The position numbers and the translations under genes were made by a program. From positions 186,001 through 250,000 of the forward strand of contig NIVC01000164.1 of the NCBI GenBank assembly GCA_002269645.1: 64,000 nt of DNA. Direction: 5' to 3'. A model generated the notes under the pieces. It was not told the origin of the DNA and did not search any database. It saw only the letters and a program-made list of their open reading frames with translations. This DNA is from Macrostomum lignano. Taxonomy: Eukaryota. Below are positions 35,815-49,954 of the stretch, piece by piece. The first letter of the stretch is position 1, and each line of letters starts with the position of its first letter.

Positions 35815-36199
35815 GTGAGAATAAATTTCATTCTATAGCTTTGTGGGATGGGTTTTGTGATGTGGGATTTGTTGAGTGGCTTTTTTGGTGTAGCTTTTTG
35901 GGGTAAGTATTGAGGAGGTGGGTTTCGGTGGTTTGTTTTGAATGTATACCAAGATTTAGAGGTCATAGAAGCTCTATCTCCTATAAAACAAATTGAGTAT
36001 TTTATCAAAATTTCTGTCCTCAAACATAAAATTCAAGCCAATAACTTCTATTGCCCATTAAGTTTAAATAATAAATTCAGTTTGAATTTTTATTCAGGAG
36101 AATTCTGGCTTTCGTCTTAATATTTTCCAAATATATATTGGCCATTCCGACTATCAACTGCACATTGGAGGGCTTGAACTGCTTTTTATGAAGCTTTAT

Positions 36200-36491
36200 A
36201 GTCTGTGTGTCGGTCTGTCTGTCTGTCTGTGTGTCTGTCTGTGTGTCTGTGTCTGTCTGTCTGTCTGTCTGTCTGTGTGTCTGTCTGTGTGTCTGTCTGT
36301 GTGTCGGTCTGTCTGTCTGTCTGCCTGTGTGTCTGTCTGTGTGTCTGTGTCTGTCTGTCTGTCTGTCTGTGTGTCTGTCTGTGTGTCTGTCTGTCTGTGT
36401 GTCTGCCTGTCTGTCTGTCTGTGTGTCTGTCTGTGTGTCTGTCTGTGTGTCTGTCTGTCTGTGTGTCTGCCTGTCTGTCTGTCTGTCTGTG

Positions 36492-36540
<49 letters not shown>

Positions 36541-36575
36541 GCCTGCCTGCCTGTCTGTCTGTCTGTCTGTCTGTG

Positions 36576-36618
<43 letters not shown>

Positions 36619-36637
36619 GTGTGTGTCTGTCTGTGTG

Positions 36638-36680
<43 letters not shown>

Positions 36681-36735
36681 GTATCTGTCTGCCTGTCTGT
36701 CTGTCTGTCTGTCTGTCTGTGTCTGTCTATCAGTC
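36200..36735. repeat. (TCTG)n/(TG)n microsatellite
   Basis: Ends ~30 nt before the exon 4 acceptor. Confidence 0.92.
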
Positions 36736-36765
36736 TGTCACATCTACTCTACTCCTGTCCCGCAG

Positions 36766-37260
36766 GTGACGAGCTCCCAGCAGGCCATCCGCGATCTGGA
36801 ATCTGTAATCGGCGTTTCACTTCAACAGACGGCCGCATCCTCGCCGCAGGATCCGCACCCCCCGGGCACGGTTGAGGTGTCGGAGCGGCTGCGCCTGGAT
36901 GCGGACCGACTCCGCTCCTACCTGGCCAAACTGTTCCCCAGCGAGTCCGCTGCCGAGCTGACAGTCCGAGGCTTCAGCCACGGCCAGTCAAACCCCACCT
37001 ACTACATTCGGCTGGGCCAGCGAGAACTCGTGCTGCGCAAGAAGCCGCCGGGCAAGCTGCTACCGTCGGCTCACGCAATCGAACGCGAGTTTAGGGTGAT
37101 GTCGGCTCTGCGACAGCGGGGCGTCCCGCTGCCCGAGCTGTTCGATCTGTGCGAAGATTCCAGCGTGTTGGGCACGCCGTTCTACGTGATGGAATACCTG
37201 AGAGGCCAGGTATTCACCGATGTGAGACTGCCGGACCTGAAGCCGGAGCAGAGAAGACAG
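36766..37260 (+). CDS. ACAD10: ACAD10 exon 4 (APH/kinase-like domain)
   Basis: [11 protein letters not shown]...[23 protein letters not shown]...GTPFYVMEY. Confidence 0.93.
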
Positions 37261-37919
37261 GTTCGACTTTTGAAGGCCTATTTTTAATGATCATTGAGCG
37301 ATATCTAGAATTCTAAAAACGACACTTATGAAACCGAAACCAGTTTCTTAGAATCAATATTATTTAGGACGGACCTTTATTCATAATCGTTCTCGCTTTC
37401 CTAGAAACAGCAGATTTCGTAGAATTGACAGACTTTGTATAACATATTATTTTAAATAAAAATCGTAAAATTTAAAAAAGTTAGTTTACATGTAGTTTAG
37501 TAAGATAGACATAAGTATTCTTCTAGCTCGTAAGAAGCGACACCGTTTCAAAAAAAAGTGCACCCCGTTTTCTTTGAGTTGACGTGTCAGTTTCATAGAT
37601 TCAACTGGATTTTATTAGAATCACTTCTAAATTTCTTTGAATCGGTTTTATTTTCTTAGAATCGGTGTTTTTTTCTAAGAATGGGCCTTAATTCTTTGGA
37701 ATCGACTTTATATTCTCTTAGAATCGATCTTATTTTCTTAGAATCAATCTTATTTTCTTAAAATCGGTCGCTTTTTCTTAGAATCAGTCTTTTTAAGAAT
37801 CGATCTTACTTTCTTAGAATCGATCTTACTTTCTTAAGAGTCGGACTTAAGAATCGCTACAATATCGTTGTATTGTATTTGGATCGCCCCCTATATTCCA
37901 AGAAATCGCCCATCCGCAG

Positions 37920-38204
37920 GTGTACTCTGAGATGATCCGGGTCCTGGCTCTAATCCACAGCGTAGATCCAGATTCGGCTAATCTGTCGGACTACGGCAAG
38001 CGCGAGCGCTATCTGGCGCGCAATATCGAGCGGTGGCGCGGCCAATACGAGGCCAGCGTCGGTGGCGACGCCCAGCCGATACCGGAGATGACGGATTTGC
38101 ACAAATGGCTGATGGCGCATCTGCCCGAAGGCCCCGAGCCCAGCGGAGTTGTGCACGGGGATTTCCGATTAGATAATTTGGTATTCGATCGGGATAAGCT
38201 GCAG
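37920..38204 (+). CDS. ACAD10: ACAD10 exon 5
   Basis: VVHGDFRLDNLVF (Brenner-type motif). Confidence 0.93.
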
Positions 38205-38295
38205 GTGGGCCTTTTTGTGATTTGAATATTATTTTCTTGTTTGTTGAGTCGACCCCGCAGCCAGCGGGGAGGCAGGGCAGTCACGCGCTCGCTCA

Positions 38296-38900
38296 CCTGT
38301 TTCCTAGAATAATGGCTGTTTCCTAGAATAATGGCTGTTTCCTAGAATAGTGGCTGTTTCCTAGAATAAAGGCTGTTTCCTAGAATAATGGCTGTTTCCT
38401 AGAATAATGGCTGTTTCCTAGAATAGTGGCTGTTTCCTAGAATAAAGGCTGTTTCCTAGAATAATGGCTGTTTCCTAGAATAGTGGCTGTTTCCTAGAAT
38501 AAAGGCTGTTTCCTAGAATAAAGGCTGTTTCCTAGAATAATGGCTGTTTCCTAGAATAATGGCTGTTTCCCAGAAACATGGCTGTTTACTAGAATAATGC
38601 TGTTTTCTAGAATAATAGCTGTGTCCTAGAATAAAAGTTATTTCCTAGAATAATGGTGGTTTCCCAGAAACATGGCTTTTTCCTAGAATAATGGCTGTTT
38701 CATAGAATAAAAGTTATTTCCTAGAATAATGGTGGTTTCCTAGAAACATGGCTGTTTCCTAGAATAATAGCTTTTTCCTAGAATAATGCTGTTTCCTAGA
38801 AAAATAGCTGTTTCCTAGAATAAAAGCTGTTTCCTAGAATAATGGCTGTTTCCTAGAAGAATGGCTGTTTTTTTAGAAGAATGGCTGTTTTCTAAAAACT
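38296..38900 (+). repeat. 20-bp minisatellite
   Basis: tttcctagaataatggctgt units. Confidence 0.9.
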
Positions 38901-39334
38901 AATTTTCCTAGAAGCAAATTTTATTTTGCTTTTGCTTTATATTCTTCCATTTCTCTAACCTTCAAATGCCTTTCATTAATCCCTCTATAATCTGTCGTTC
39001 GGCGCTCGCAAATCAAAGTCACGTGATGCAGAATTGCGTATCGTCATTAATGTTTGATGCGCCATATGCTTCTACGCAAATTTCTTGTCCAACAAAATTC
39101 GCTTATTCAGCGAATGATCGATGACTGTGCTGTAGGGACAGATTTCGCGCTTTGAGTCACCTGTTGGGTGGAAATATTTTTAACCTTTTTGTGCAAAGCA
39201 ACCATTTGCCAACACCTGTTTTTTTCGTAGCAGTCTCCCAATTTATTCTATTTCGATGTCTAAATCTGGCACAACGGCCTTGGTTTAATTCTCTTTTCTG
39301 CTTTGGTTTTCTGCCGACCTTTCCGTTCGGATTG

Positions 39335-40580
39335 CGCCCCTCTCTGCATTTTCTCTCCGTCCCTCCCTCTTCGCCCCTCTCTCTCCGCCCCTCTCTACCC
39401 CTCTCTCCGTCCCTCTCTCTCCTCTCTACCCTTTCTCTTCGCCCCTCTCTACCTCTTCTCTCCGCCCCTCTCTACCCTTTCTCTCCGTCCCTCTCTACCT
39501 CTTCTCTCCGCCCCTCTCTACCCTTTCTCTCCGCCCCTCTCTACCTCTTCTCTCCGCCCCTCTCTACCCTTTCTCTCCGCCCCTCTCTGCATTTTCTCTC
39601 CGTCCCTCCCTCTTCGCCCCTCTCTCTCCGCCCCTCTCTACCCCTCTCTCCGTCCCTCTCTCTCCTCTCTACCCTTTCTCTTCGCCCCTCTCTACCTCTT
39701 CTCTCCGCCCCTCTCTACCCTTTCTCTCCGCCCCTCTCTACCTCTTCTCTCCGCCCCTCTCTACCCTTTCTCTCCGCCCCTCTCTACCTCTTCTCTCCGC
39801 CCCTCTCTACCCTTTCTCTCCGCCCCTCTCTACCTCTTCTCTCCGCCCCTCTCTACCTCTTCTCTCCGCCCCTCTCTACCCCTTCTCTCCGTCCCTCTCT
39901 CTCCTCTCTACCCTTTCTCTTCGCCCCTCTCTACCTCTTCTCTCCGCCCCTCTCTACCCTTTCTCTCCGCCCCTCTCTACCTCTTCTCTCCGCCCCTCTC
40001 TACCCTTTCTCTCCGCCCCTCTCTACCTCTTCTCTCCGCCCCTCTCTACCCTTTCTCTCCGCCCCTCTCTACCCTTTCTCTCCGCCCCTCTCTACCTCTT
40101 CTCTCCGCCCCTCTCTACCTCTTCTCTCCGCCCCTCTCTACCTCTTCTCTCCGCCCCTCTCTACCCTTTCTCTCCGCCCCTCTCTACCTCTTCTCTCCGC
40201 CCCTCTCCACCCTTTCTCTTCGCCCCTCTCTACCTCTTCTCTCCGCCCCTCTCTACCCTTTCTCTCCGCCCCTCTCTACCTCTTCTCTCCGCCCCTCTCT
40301 ACCCTTTCTCTCCGCCCCTCTCTACCTCTTCTCTCCGCCCCTCTCTACCCTTTCTCTCCGCCCCTCTCTACCCTTTCTCTCCGCCCCTCTCTACCCTTTC
40401 TCTCCGCCCCTCTCTACCTCTTCTCTCCGCCCCTCTCTACCCTTTCTCTCCGCCCTTTCTCTTTGCCCCTCTCTCTGCCCTTTCTCTACGCCTCTCCATC
40501 CGCTCCCTCTTTCCGCCCCTCTCTCCGCTTCTATCCGCCCAATTCTCCCCTCCCTCTCCGCCCCCTCTCTCTCCGCCCCC
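39335..40580 (+). repeat. ~23-bp CT-rich minisatellite
   Basis: ctccgcccctctctaccctttct units. Confidence 0.9.
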
Positions 40581-41449
40581 CTTGTTTCTTGCATCGAAGC
40601 CCTAGTTTTCGACTCACGCCAATTGATTTTAATCCCTTAAAATTCTCATTGATTTTTATTTATCATCATCAAAATCAAAGTTGGCTGCTGGTGTTTAGAA
40701 ATATTCAATAAACAAGGGCTTAAATGTGGTACAGGGGTGTATTTAGATATAAGCTGCCATTCCTTGTCAGGTATGCAGAGGTTGAAGGCAGCATCCTATT
40801 CTCCATCATACCTATTCTCACGACTGAGCTAGATTGCTTGCTCTCGTTGCTGGCTTGAAGCAGTTTTTTGTGAAAAAATTAATCAACTGAATCGTTGTTG
40901 CTTTTTAACCTTGAGCTGCATTTGTCGAATGGCAACTAACAACCTTTTATATTCTTTGGTGCTTGCTTTGCGACATTGCTTCGAGTGCAATGCTAACTCA
41001 TCTACCAATTCCATTTGTGTTTGTGAGCAATGAGTGCTGTTGCACCTGTGTAATGCAGATTTTTCCTAATCTCCCATTATTGTCTGAATTTAATGCGTGT
41101 GTGTGTGTTTTTTTTGATAATAAACTAAACTCAAATTTTTGTGAGACATTTTTTAGTGTGACCTACTATGGGGTGTTTTTGAGCAAAATAACAATTAAGC
41201 TAATTGACTCGCAGTCTAGTGCTCCCCTCAGGGCACCCAATAAGCAAGGAGCAAAAATTATTCATGCAAATCCATTAAAAAAGCACATTTTCTTAAGAAC
41301 CAATTCCTTCTTCAGTTTTACAAATCCCTTATTCGTGTAAAATTGGCACGGAAAAAGATGTTTGCTAAGAATCTCTTTTCTAAAAGTAACCAACGGACAA
41401 CAAAATAAAGCCTTCACAAAGATAACCGGCATTCCCCCTAAATAGAAGG

Positions 41450-42612
41450 CACTCTGGAACAGTAGCACTCTGGAACAGTAGCACTCTGGAACAGTAGCAC
41501 TCTGGAACAGTAGCACTCTAGAAAAATAGCACTCTGGAACAATAGCAATCTGGAACAGTAGCACTCTGGAACCGGAGCACTCTGGAACAGTAGCACTCTA
41601 GAAAAATAGCACTCTGGAACAGTAGCACTCTGGAACCGGAGCACTCTGGAACAGTAGCACTCTAGAAAAATAGCACTCTGGAACAGTAGAACTCTGGAAC
41701 AGTAGCACTCTGGAACCGGAGCCCTCTAGAAAAATAGCACTCTGGAACAGTAGCACTCTGGAACAGTAGCACATTAGAAAAATAGCACTCTGGAACAATA
41801 GCAATCTGGAACCGGAGCACTCTGGAACAGTAGCACATTAGAAAAATAGCACTCTGGAACAATAGCACTCTGGAACAGTAGCACTCTAGAAAAATAGCAC
41901 TCTGTAACAGTAGCACTCTGTAACAGTAGCACTCTGGAACAGTAGCACTCTGGAACAATAGCAATCTGGAACCGGAGCACTCTGGAACAATAGCACTCTA
42001 GAAAAATAGCACTCTGGAACTATAGCACTCTGGAACAGTAGCACTCTGGAACAGTAGCACTCTGGAACAGTAGCAATCTGGAACAGTAGCACTCTGGAAC
42101 AGTAGCAATCTGGAACAGTAGCACTCTGGAACCGGAGCACTCTGGAACAGTAGCACTCTAGAAAAATAGCACTCTGGAACAGTAGCACTCTGGAACTGGA
42201 GCACTCTAGAAAAATAGCACTCTAGAAAAATAGCACTCTGGAACAATAGCAATCTGGAACAGTAGCACTCTGGAACCGGAGCACTCTGGAACAGTAGCAC
42301 TCTAGAAAAATAGCACTCTGGAACAGTAGCACTCTGGAACTGGAGCACTCTAGAAAAATAGCACTCTGGAAGAGTAGCACTCTGGAACAGTAGCACTCTG
42401 GAACAGTAGCACTTTAGAAAAATAGCACTCTGGAATAGTAGCACTCTGGAACAGTAGCACTCTGGAACCGGAGCACTCTGGAACAGTAGCACTCTAGAAA
42501 AATAGCACTCTGGAACAGTAGCACTCTGGAACAGGAGCACTCTAGAACAATAGCACTCTGGAACAGTAGCACTCTGGAACAGTAGCACTCTGGAACAGTA
42601 GAAATCTGGAAC
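41450..42612 (+). repeat. 16-bp minisatellite
   Basis: gaacagtagcactctg units, ending just before the exon 6 acceptor. Confidence 0.92.
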
Positions 42613-42640
42613 AAAAAACAACCCACTTACCCACTGCCAG

Positions 42641-42912
42641 GTGATCGGCATCCTAGACTGGGAGTTGTCCACTCTCGGCCACCCGCGAACGGACCTGGCC
42701 ACGTGCCTTCTCGCTCACCGTCTCGACCCGGAATGGAGCGATAAATTCTTGGTGCCATCGCTGCAGCCTCTGCCAGACGGGGTGCCCACTGAGGCGGAGC
42801 TCATCGAAGACTACTGCAAGCGTTTGGGCCTGAGCGGCGGGGTGCCCGACATTGACTTCTATCACGCCTTCGTGATGTTCCGCTTTGCTGCTATTTTGCA
42901 GGGCGTTTACAA
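42641..42912 (+). CDS. ACAD10: ACAD10 exon 6
   Basis: VIGILDWELSTLGHP..DLA...AAILQGVYK. Confidence 0.93.
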
Positions 42913-42914
42913 GT

Positions 42915-43270
42915 GAGTTGCTAGGGGATATGCAGAACCCTCCCGGATCCTCAGTTGCTAGGGGGATATGCAGACCCTCCCGGATCCTCAGTTGCTAGGG
43001 GAACTGGTAAACCCTGGATCCTCAGTTGCTAGGGGGATTTTCAGACCCTCCCGGATCCTCAGTTGCTAGGGGGATTTGCAGACCCTCCCGGATCCTCAGT
43101 TGCTAGGGGGATTTGCAGACCCTCCCGGATCCTCAGTTGCTAGGGGGTTGTGCAGACCCTCTCGGATCCTCAGTTGCTAGGGGAATTGGCAGACCCTCTC
43201 GGATCCTCAGTTGCTAGGGGAATTGGCAGACCCTCTCGGATCCTCAGTTGCTAGGGGGATTGGCAGACCT
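42915..43270 (+). repeat. ~37-bp minisatellite occupying most of ACAD10 intron 6
   Basis: gaccctcccggatcctcagttgctaggggg units. Confidence 0.9.
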
Positions 43271-43306
43271 CCTTAATTTCGCCTAACCACATGCCCCCCT
43301 CAACAG

Positions 43307-43805
43307 GCGCGCCCTCGACGGCCAGAGCAGCTCGGCGAAGGCCAAGATTGTGGGCTCATTCGCTCGCGATGTGGCTCGCCTCGGCTGGACGGTGGCCCAG
43401 CGCTCCGGCCTGCCCAGCCAGCCCAGTCACAGTTTCTCATCGTCGGCCTCGGCGACATCCGGCATGCCTGTCAGCCTGTCGGATCTCCGACCCGAAGTTC
43501 GTCAACTGCACGCCAAAATTCGGGCATTTGTTCGCGACAGGATTTTGCCACTAGAATCCGAGCTGAACTCGCACTACGAGTCCCAGTCCAAGTGGACGGT
43601 GCACCCCAGTATTGAGCGGCTGAAATCTGAGGCTAAAAATCAGGGCCTCTGGAATCTGTTCCTGCCTGTAGAGTCGGATCCGAACCGGCTGTACTCGCCC
43701 GGCCTCACTAACTTGGAGTACGCCTTCCTGTGCGAAGAGATGGGCTGGTCCGTATATGCCTCTGAGGTGTTCAACTGTTCCGCTCCGGACACTGGGAATA
43801 TGGAG
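43307..43805 (+). CDS. ACAD10: ACAD10 exon 7 (start of ACAD domain)
   Basis: KRALDGQSSS...GLWNLFLP...GLTNLEYA..CEEMG...FNCSAPDTGNME. Confidence 0.93.
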
Positions 43806-43849
43806 GTTTGTCGCTTCTGTAACACCTGCTGCATTATGTATTCACAATC

Positions 43850-45250
43850 TAACACCCATCCAGTTACCCGAAATCCCCAATCTTACGAGCTAACATCCCA
43901 GTTACCCGAAATCCCCTATCTAACATCTATCAGTTTACCCGAAATCCCCAATAAAACACCCTGTCAGTTACCCGAAATCCCCAATCTAACATCCCATCAG
44001 TTTACCCGAAATCCCCAATATAACACCCTGTCAGTTACCCGAAATCCCCAATCTAACATCCCATCAGTTTACCCGAAATCCCCAATCTAACATCCCATCA
44101 GTTTACCCGAAATCCCCAATCTAACATCCCATCAGTTTACCCGAAATCCCCAAGCTAACATCTATCAGTTTACCCGAAATCCCCAATATAACACCCTGTC
44201 AGTTACCCGAAATCCCCAATATAACACCCTGTCAGTTACCCGAAATCCCCAATCTAACATCCCATCAGTTTACTCGAAATCCCCAATATAACACCCTATC
44301 AGTTTACCCGAAATCCCCAATCTAACATCCCATCAGTTTACTCGAAATCCCCATTATAACACCCTATCAGTTTACCCGAAATCCCCAATCTAACATCCCA
44401 TCAGTTTACTCGAAATCCCCATTATAACACCCTATCAGTTTACCCGAAATCCCCAATCTAACATCCCATCAGTTTACTCGAAATCCCCATTATAACACCC
44501 TATCAGTTACCCGAAATCCCCAAGCTAACATCCCATCAGTTTACTCGAAATCCCCAATATAACACCCTATCAGTTTACCCGAAATCCCCAATCTAACATC
44601 CCATCAGTTTACTCGAAATCCCTATTATAACACCCTATCAGTTTACCCGAAATCCCCAATCTAACATCCCATCAGTTTACTCGAAATCCCCAATCTAACA
44701 TCCCATCAGTTTACCCGAAATCCCCAATATAACACCCTAACAGTTACCCGAAATCCCCAAGCTAACATCCCAGTTACCCGAAATCCCCAATCTAATACCC
44801 TGTCATTTACCCGAAATCCCCAATCCAACACCCCAGTTACCCGAAATCCCCAATCCAACACCCCAGTTACCCGAAATCCCCAATCCAACACCCCAGTTAC
44901 CCGAAATCCCCAATCCAACACCCCAGTTACCCGAAATCCCCAATCCAACACCCTGTCAGTTTACCCGAAATCCCCAATCCAACACCCTGTCAGTTTACCC
45001 GAAATCCCCAATCCAACACCCTGTCAGTTTACCCGAAATCCCCAATCTAACATCCCAGTTACCCGAAATCCCCAATCTAACATCCCATCAGTTTACCCGA
45101 AATCCCCAATCTAACATCCCAGTTACCCGAAATCCCCAATCTAACATCCCATCAGTTTACCCGAAATCCCCAATCTAACATCCCAGTTACCCGAAATCCC
45201 CAACCCAACACCCCAGTTACCCGAAATCCCCAACCCAACACCCCAACCAG
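43850..45250 (+). repeat. ~33-36-bp minisatellite occupying ACAD10 intron 7
   Basis: acccgaaatccccaatctaacatcccatcagttt units; the last unit supplies the acceptor. Confidence 0.92.
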
Positions 45251-45605
45251 GTGCTGGTCCGCTACGGCACAGAGGAGCAGAAGCGCCGCTGGCTCGATCC
45301 CCTCCTAGCAGGCAGCATTCGCTCCTGCTTCGCAATGACGGAACCGGCCGTCGCCTCTTCGGACGCCACCAACATCGAAGCTTCGATCTGCCGCTCACCA
45401 GACGGCTCTCACTACGTAGTGAACGGCCACAAATGGTGGATCTCCGGAGCCCTGCATCCCAATTGCAAAGTGGCCATATTTATGGGCAAAACTGATACTT
45501 CAGCAGCCGCTCACAAACAGCAGACGATGCTGCTTGTGCCGATGGACTCGCCCGGGGTCACCGTGGTTCGTCCTCTGCACGTGTTCGGCTTTGTTGACGC
45601 TCCAG
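45251..45605 (+). CDS. ACAD10: ACAD10 exon 8
   Basis: [19 protein letters not shown]...[10 protein letters not shown]. Confidence 0.93.
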
Positions 45606-45717
45606 GTGAGTTCAGTTTAAAGTAATTTTTATTAATGTTCAGTTTGCTAGCTGTCAGCTCTCTACAGTAGCTCACAGCTGTACACGTTGATATCATGGCA
45701 GTGTGAGCTCGGGGCCC

Positions 45718-46640
45718 ACGTTTGACTGACACATTTTGACTGACACTACTTTGACTGACACATTTTGACTGACACTATTTGACTGACACTATTTGACTGA
45801 CACTTTTTGACTGAAACATTTTGACTGACACTATTTGACTGACACTATTTGACTGACACTTTTTGACTGACACTACTTTGACTGACATTACTTTGACTGA
45901 CACTACTTTGACTGACACTTTTTGACTGACACTACTTTGACTGACACTTTTTGACTGACACTACTTTGACTGAAACTACTTTGACTGACACTTTTTGACT
46001 GACACTATTTGACTGACACTTTTTGACTGACACTATTTGACTGACACTATTTGACTGACACTTTTTGACTGACACTATTTGACTGACACTTTTTGACTGA
46101 CACTTTTTGACTGACACTACTTGGACTGACACTTTTTGACTGACACTATTTGACTGACACTATTTGACTGACACTATTTGACTGACACTTTTTGACTGAC
46201 ACTATTTGACTGACACTTTTTGACTGACACTTTTTGACTGACACTACTTGGACTGACACTTTTTGACTGACACTATTTGACTGACACTTTTTGACTGACA
46301 CTATTTGACTGACACTTTTTGACTGACACTTTTTGACTGACACTTTTTGACTGACACTTTTTGACTGACACTACTTGGACTGACACTTTTTGACTGACAC
46401 TATTTGACTGACACTTTTTGACTGACACTATTTGACTGACACTTTTTGACTGACACTTTTTGACTGACACTACTTGGACTGACACTTTTTGACTGACACT
46501 ATTTGACTGACACTATTTGACTGACACTTTTTGACTGACACTATTTGACTGATACTACTTTGACTGACACTACTTTGACTGACACTACTTTGACTGATAC
46601 TACTTTGACTGATACTACTTTGACTGACACTACTTTGACT
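45718..46640 (+). repeat. ~15-bp minisatellite
   Basis: tttgactgacacta units. Confidence 0.92.
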
Positions 46641-47319
46641 CTCTCTCTCGAAATCTATAGTGAATAAACAATTTCTAATAACCGATCAAACCCTATGGTA
46701 AACAATGAAGTTAAATATGCAATAATATTTTAGTCATTTTTTCTTCAATTGATTAAATTGCCGAATTTTATTGGGTTTCGTTGTAAGTTTAAGGTTTTTT
46801 ACCATAATACGCTCATATTTGTTTTTGACCTTGCTCTGTGCTTGAAACAATTAGGCATCATAAATTGGTAATTAATCATTTGCGTAGTTACTGTGTATTT
46901 AAAATGCTACACAACCACCCCGACCCGCCTCCATTCCCTTTCTGTCTCCCCCGCAAGCTAATTAGTCATCATGTGAGTGTAATGTGAGTTTGCTCATAAT
47001 TAGCCGGCTAGAAAGGTTAAAAGTACAGACAAATATTGGACGAACTTTTGTGCATATATATTTTGTTACAGGGATTTTCTAAAAGTACAAGTTACAACAA
47101 TTTTTGCGGGAAATGTAACAAGTTTTTCAATATAGTTGATTGACTGGAGAGAAGGCAGTTGTCTTCTGCCTATTGTATTCTGTTCTGTAGGCTGAACTTT
47201 TTACTTTGCTCATTCGTATTAGAAACAAGTTTTCATACTTCTCAGTTGATGGAGTTTTGAGTTGGTGAAGTTTTAAGATGATGGAATTCTGAAATGATAA
47301 AGTTTTGAGCTTTACATTC

Positions 47320-47885
47320 ATCTTAAGCTGATGTAGTTTTGAGCTAATGGAATCTTAAGCTGATTTAGTTTTGAGCAGATGTAGTTTTGAGCTAATGGAA
47401 TCTTAAGCTGATTTAGTTTTGAGCAGATGTAGTTTTGAGCTAATTAGAATCTTAAGCTGATGTAGTTTTGAGCAGATGTAGTTTTGAGCAGATGTAGTTT
47501 TGAGCTAATTAGAATCTTAAGCTAATGTAGTTTTGAGCTGATGTAGTTTTGAGCTGCTGTACTTTTGAGCTGCTGTAGTTTTGAGGTGATGGAATCTTGA
47601 GCAGATTGTAGTTTTGAGCTGATGTAGTTTTGAGCTGCTGTAGTTTTGAGGTGATGGAATCTTGAGCAGATTGTAGTTTTGAGCTGCTGTACTTTTGAGC
47701 TGCTGTAGTTTTGAGGTGATGGAATCTTGAGCAGATTGTAGTTTTGAGCTGATGTAGTTTTGAGCTGATGTAGTTTTGAGATGATGGAATCTTGAGCAGA
47801 TGTAGTTTTGAGCTGATGGAGTTTTAAGGTGATAGAGTTTGAGATGATGGAGTTTGAGATGATGGAGTTTTAAGCTGATGGAACT
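47320..47885 (+). repeat. 16-bp degenerate minisatellite
   Basis: gctgatgtagttttga units. Confidence 0.85.
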
Positions 47886-48239
47886 ATTGGAACTGAAAAT
47901 TCAACTCAGCTACACTACTCGTAATTGCGCACCCAGATCATTGCTATAAATATACTTTATGATGATTTTTTAGCCTAAATTAGGCTTTTCAGCTGCTTCG
48001 CCTCTTGGCTTTATTATAAATCAAGGTAGAAAACTTCAGCAGTAAAAGCTGAAGCATAGTTAATTGAGGAAATTAGAAGTGGGAGGAAAATAATTATTCG
48101 TACCCTCGAAAAAATGTAAGAAAAATGGACATTTTGATGTTCTGATGCACCTGACTAAATTATTGCCATTTTTTTCAAATCCTTCTTGAAAATTTTCGGG
48201 CTGATTTATGATAATTAAACTGGATTTGTGTGCTTGAGA

Positions 48240-48562
48240 AGGCGCCACAAACAATGCTTGAGATGGCGCCACAATCAATGCTTGAGATGGCGCCACAATC
48301 AATGCTTGAGATGGCGCCACAATCAATGCTTGAGATGGCGCCACAATCAATGCTTGAGATGGCGCCACAATCAATGCTTGAGATGGCGCCACAATCAATG
48401 CTTGAGATGGTGCCACAATCAATGCTTGAGATGGTGCCACAATCAATGCTTGAGATGGCGCCACAATCAATGCTTGAGATGGTGCCACAATCAATGCTTG
48501 AGATGGCGCCACAATCAATGCTTGAGATGGCGCCACAATCAATGCTTGAGATGGCGCCACAT
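48240..48562 (+). repeat. 30-bp minisatellite, ~11 copies
   Basis: ggcgccacaatcaatgcttgagat-type units. Confidence 0.9.
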
Positions 48563-48608
48563 TAAACGACCTTGTCTTCTCAGCAAAGAGTCCATTCGAC
48601 AAATCAAT

Positions 48609-48900
48609 GGGAGGTTGTAGCCTAGTGGTTAGAGCGTCGGACTCACGACTTAAAGGTCGGGGGTTCGATTCCCGATCCCACTCGGAACAATTTATGCCCT
48701 TGAGCAAGACACAACTCTGCACTGCTTCAGTTCACCCAGCTGTAAAATGGGTGCCAGCATTAGCTGGGGTAATTGAGGGTGTGTGGCGACCCCCCAGTCC
48801 TTGGACTGAACAGCCGTACGCAGCCTTCAGATGCGCCGCGCAATAGCTGCGGCTGAGCTGTCGGTTGCACCTCTGGTCCAATTGGGCCAGGTGTAATCAA
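48609..48900 (+). mobile_element. tRNA-derived SINE with CORE/Meta-like central domain
   Basis: A box TAGCCTAGTGG, B box GGTTCGATTCC, then ccttgagcaagacac...cagttcacccagctgtaaaatgggt resembling the CORE-type domain; no tRNA acceptor stem. Confidence 0.75.
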
Positions 48901-49954
48901 TTATTTTTAATATTATTACAAATCAATGACTTGAACAGAGTTTATCATTGCTTAATATAGAATCCTCTGTTTTGACTTGAGTATATTTTTCAGGTAAAAA
49001 AATTGCCTAAAAGTAAAACAGCCAGTGCGGTGATGTCAAGTCGGATTTTTCAGTTTCCGTTTAAATATCTTAGGCATATGAATGCATCTAGGCTGGTATA
49101 CATAAACTTGAACAAATACTATGCATTGCTTACTTTATATGCTCATAGTAATTTTTTGCAGTGTATGCTTTGAAAAATGAAGCACATGTTTTCCAGTTGC
49201 CGTATTTACACCAAGCGACCATATAAACTTTGACAGGGGACTCTGAACTGAATCAAAAAAATTACAGAACTTTTTTTATTAGTGAGTCATTATCGCTATA
49301 AATTGTAATCAATTGAAACAAGATTGGAATTTTTTTTGAATGACACAAACGGACTTATTAGTTAACAGTGTTTTAACAATCGGGCTCGCAGTTGCACAAG
49401 TTATTTAGCTATAGTTAATTGCCACAGTTAGTTTCTTAAATAGCAAATTTGGCTTTTGACTGCGTTTGGTGCTAAAATCAACACAAGATGTCTCTCTTGT
49501 CTGTCTGGAACCCTGCATGGTTACTGTTTTATGACTTATTATCGTTAAAAACCGTGTTGGAACTTCTATCTATTAGTAACCATGCAAGGTTAGCAGAGAT
49601 TTAACTGGCAACAGGTATAAAATTTACAATAATAATATTAAGAAGGTTAATTACTTGTGTAACGATGTGTAAAACTGCACAGAATTTCTATACATACAGG
49701 TAAACAGAACGAAAGCTGACGAGTGCACAAGGACTAAACAGACACACGAAGACACAAGTTAGTTTATAGAGTTAGACAGCAGCAAATAGAAAAATCATAT
49801 CGGTTAAATATTATAATTATGATTACTATTTGTTGTTTAGCTAGTAGGAGGGAAAAAGCATCGGTTCACAGAAAGCGAAGAATGAAATCTTGGACACAAG
49901 GACTCAAACTTTTTGTATAAGAGTTACGAATTCCTTACTGAAAATTACATAGTT

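Noticed and set aside
34285-42702. Long ORFs over CT-rich, TCTG and 16-bp arrays
   Set aside because: Repeat-derived; only the parts overlapping ACAD10 exons are coding.
48609-48685. tRNA gene
   Set aside because: A and B boxes are present but the acceptor stem does not pair, and the sequence continues into a SINE body.
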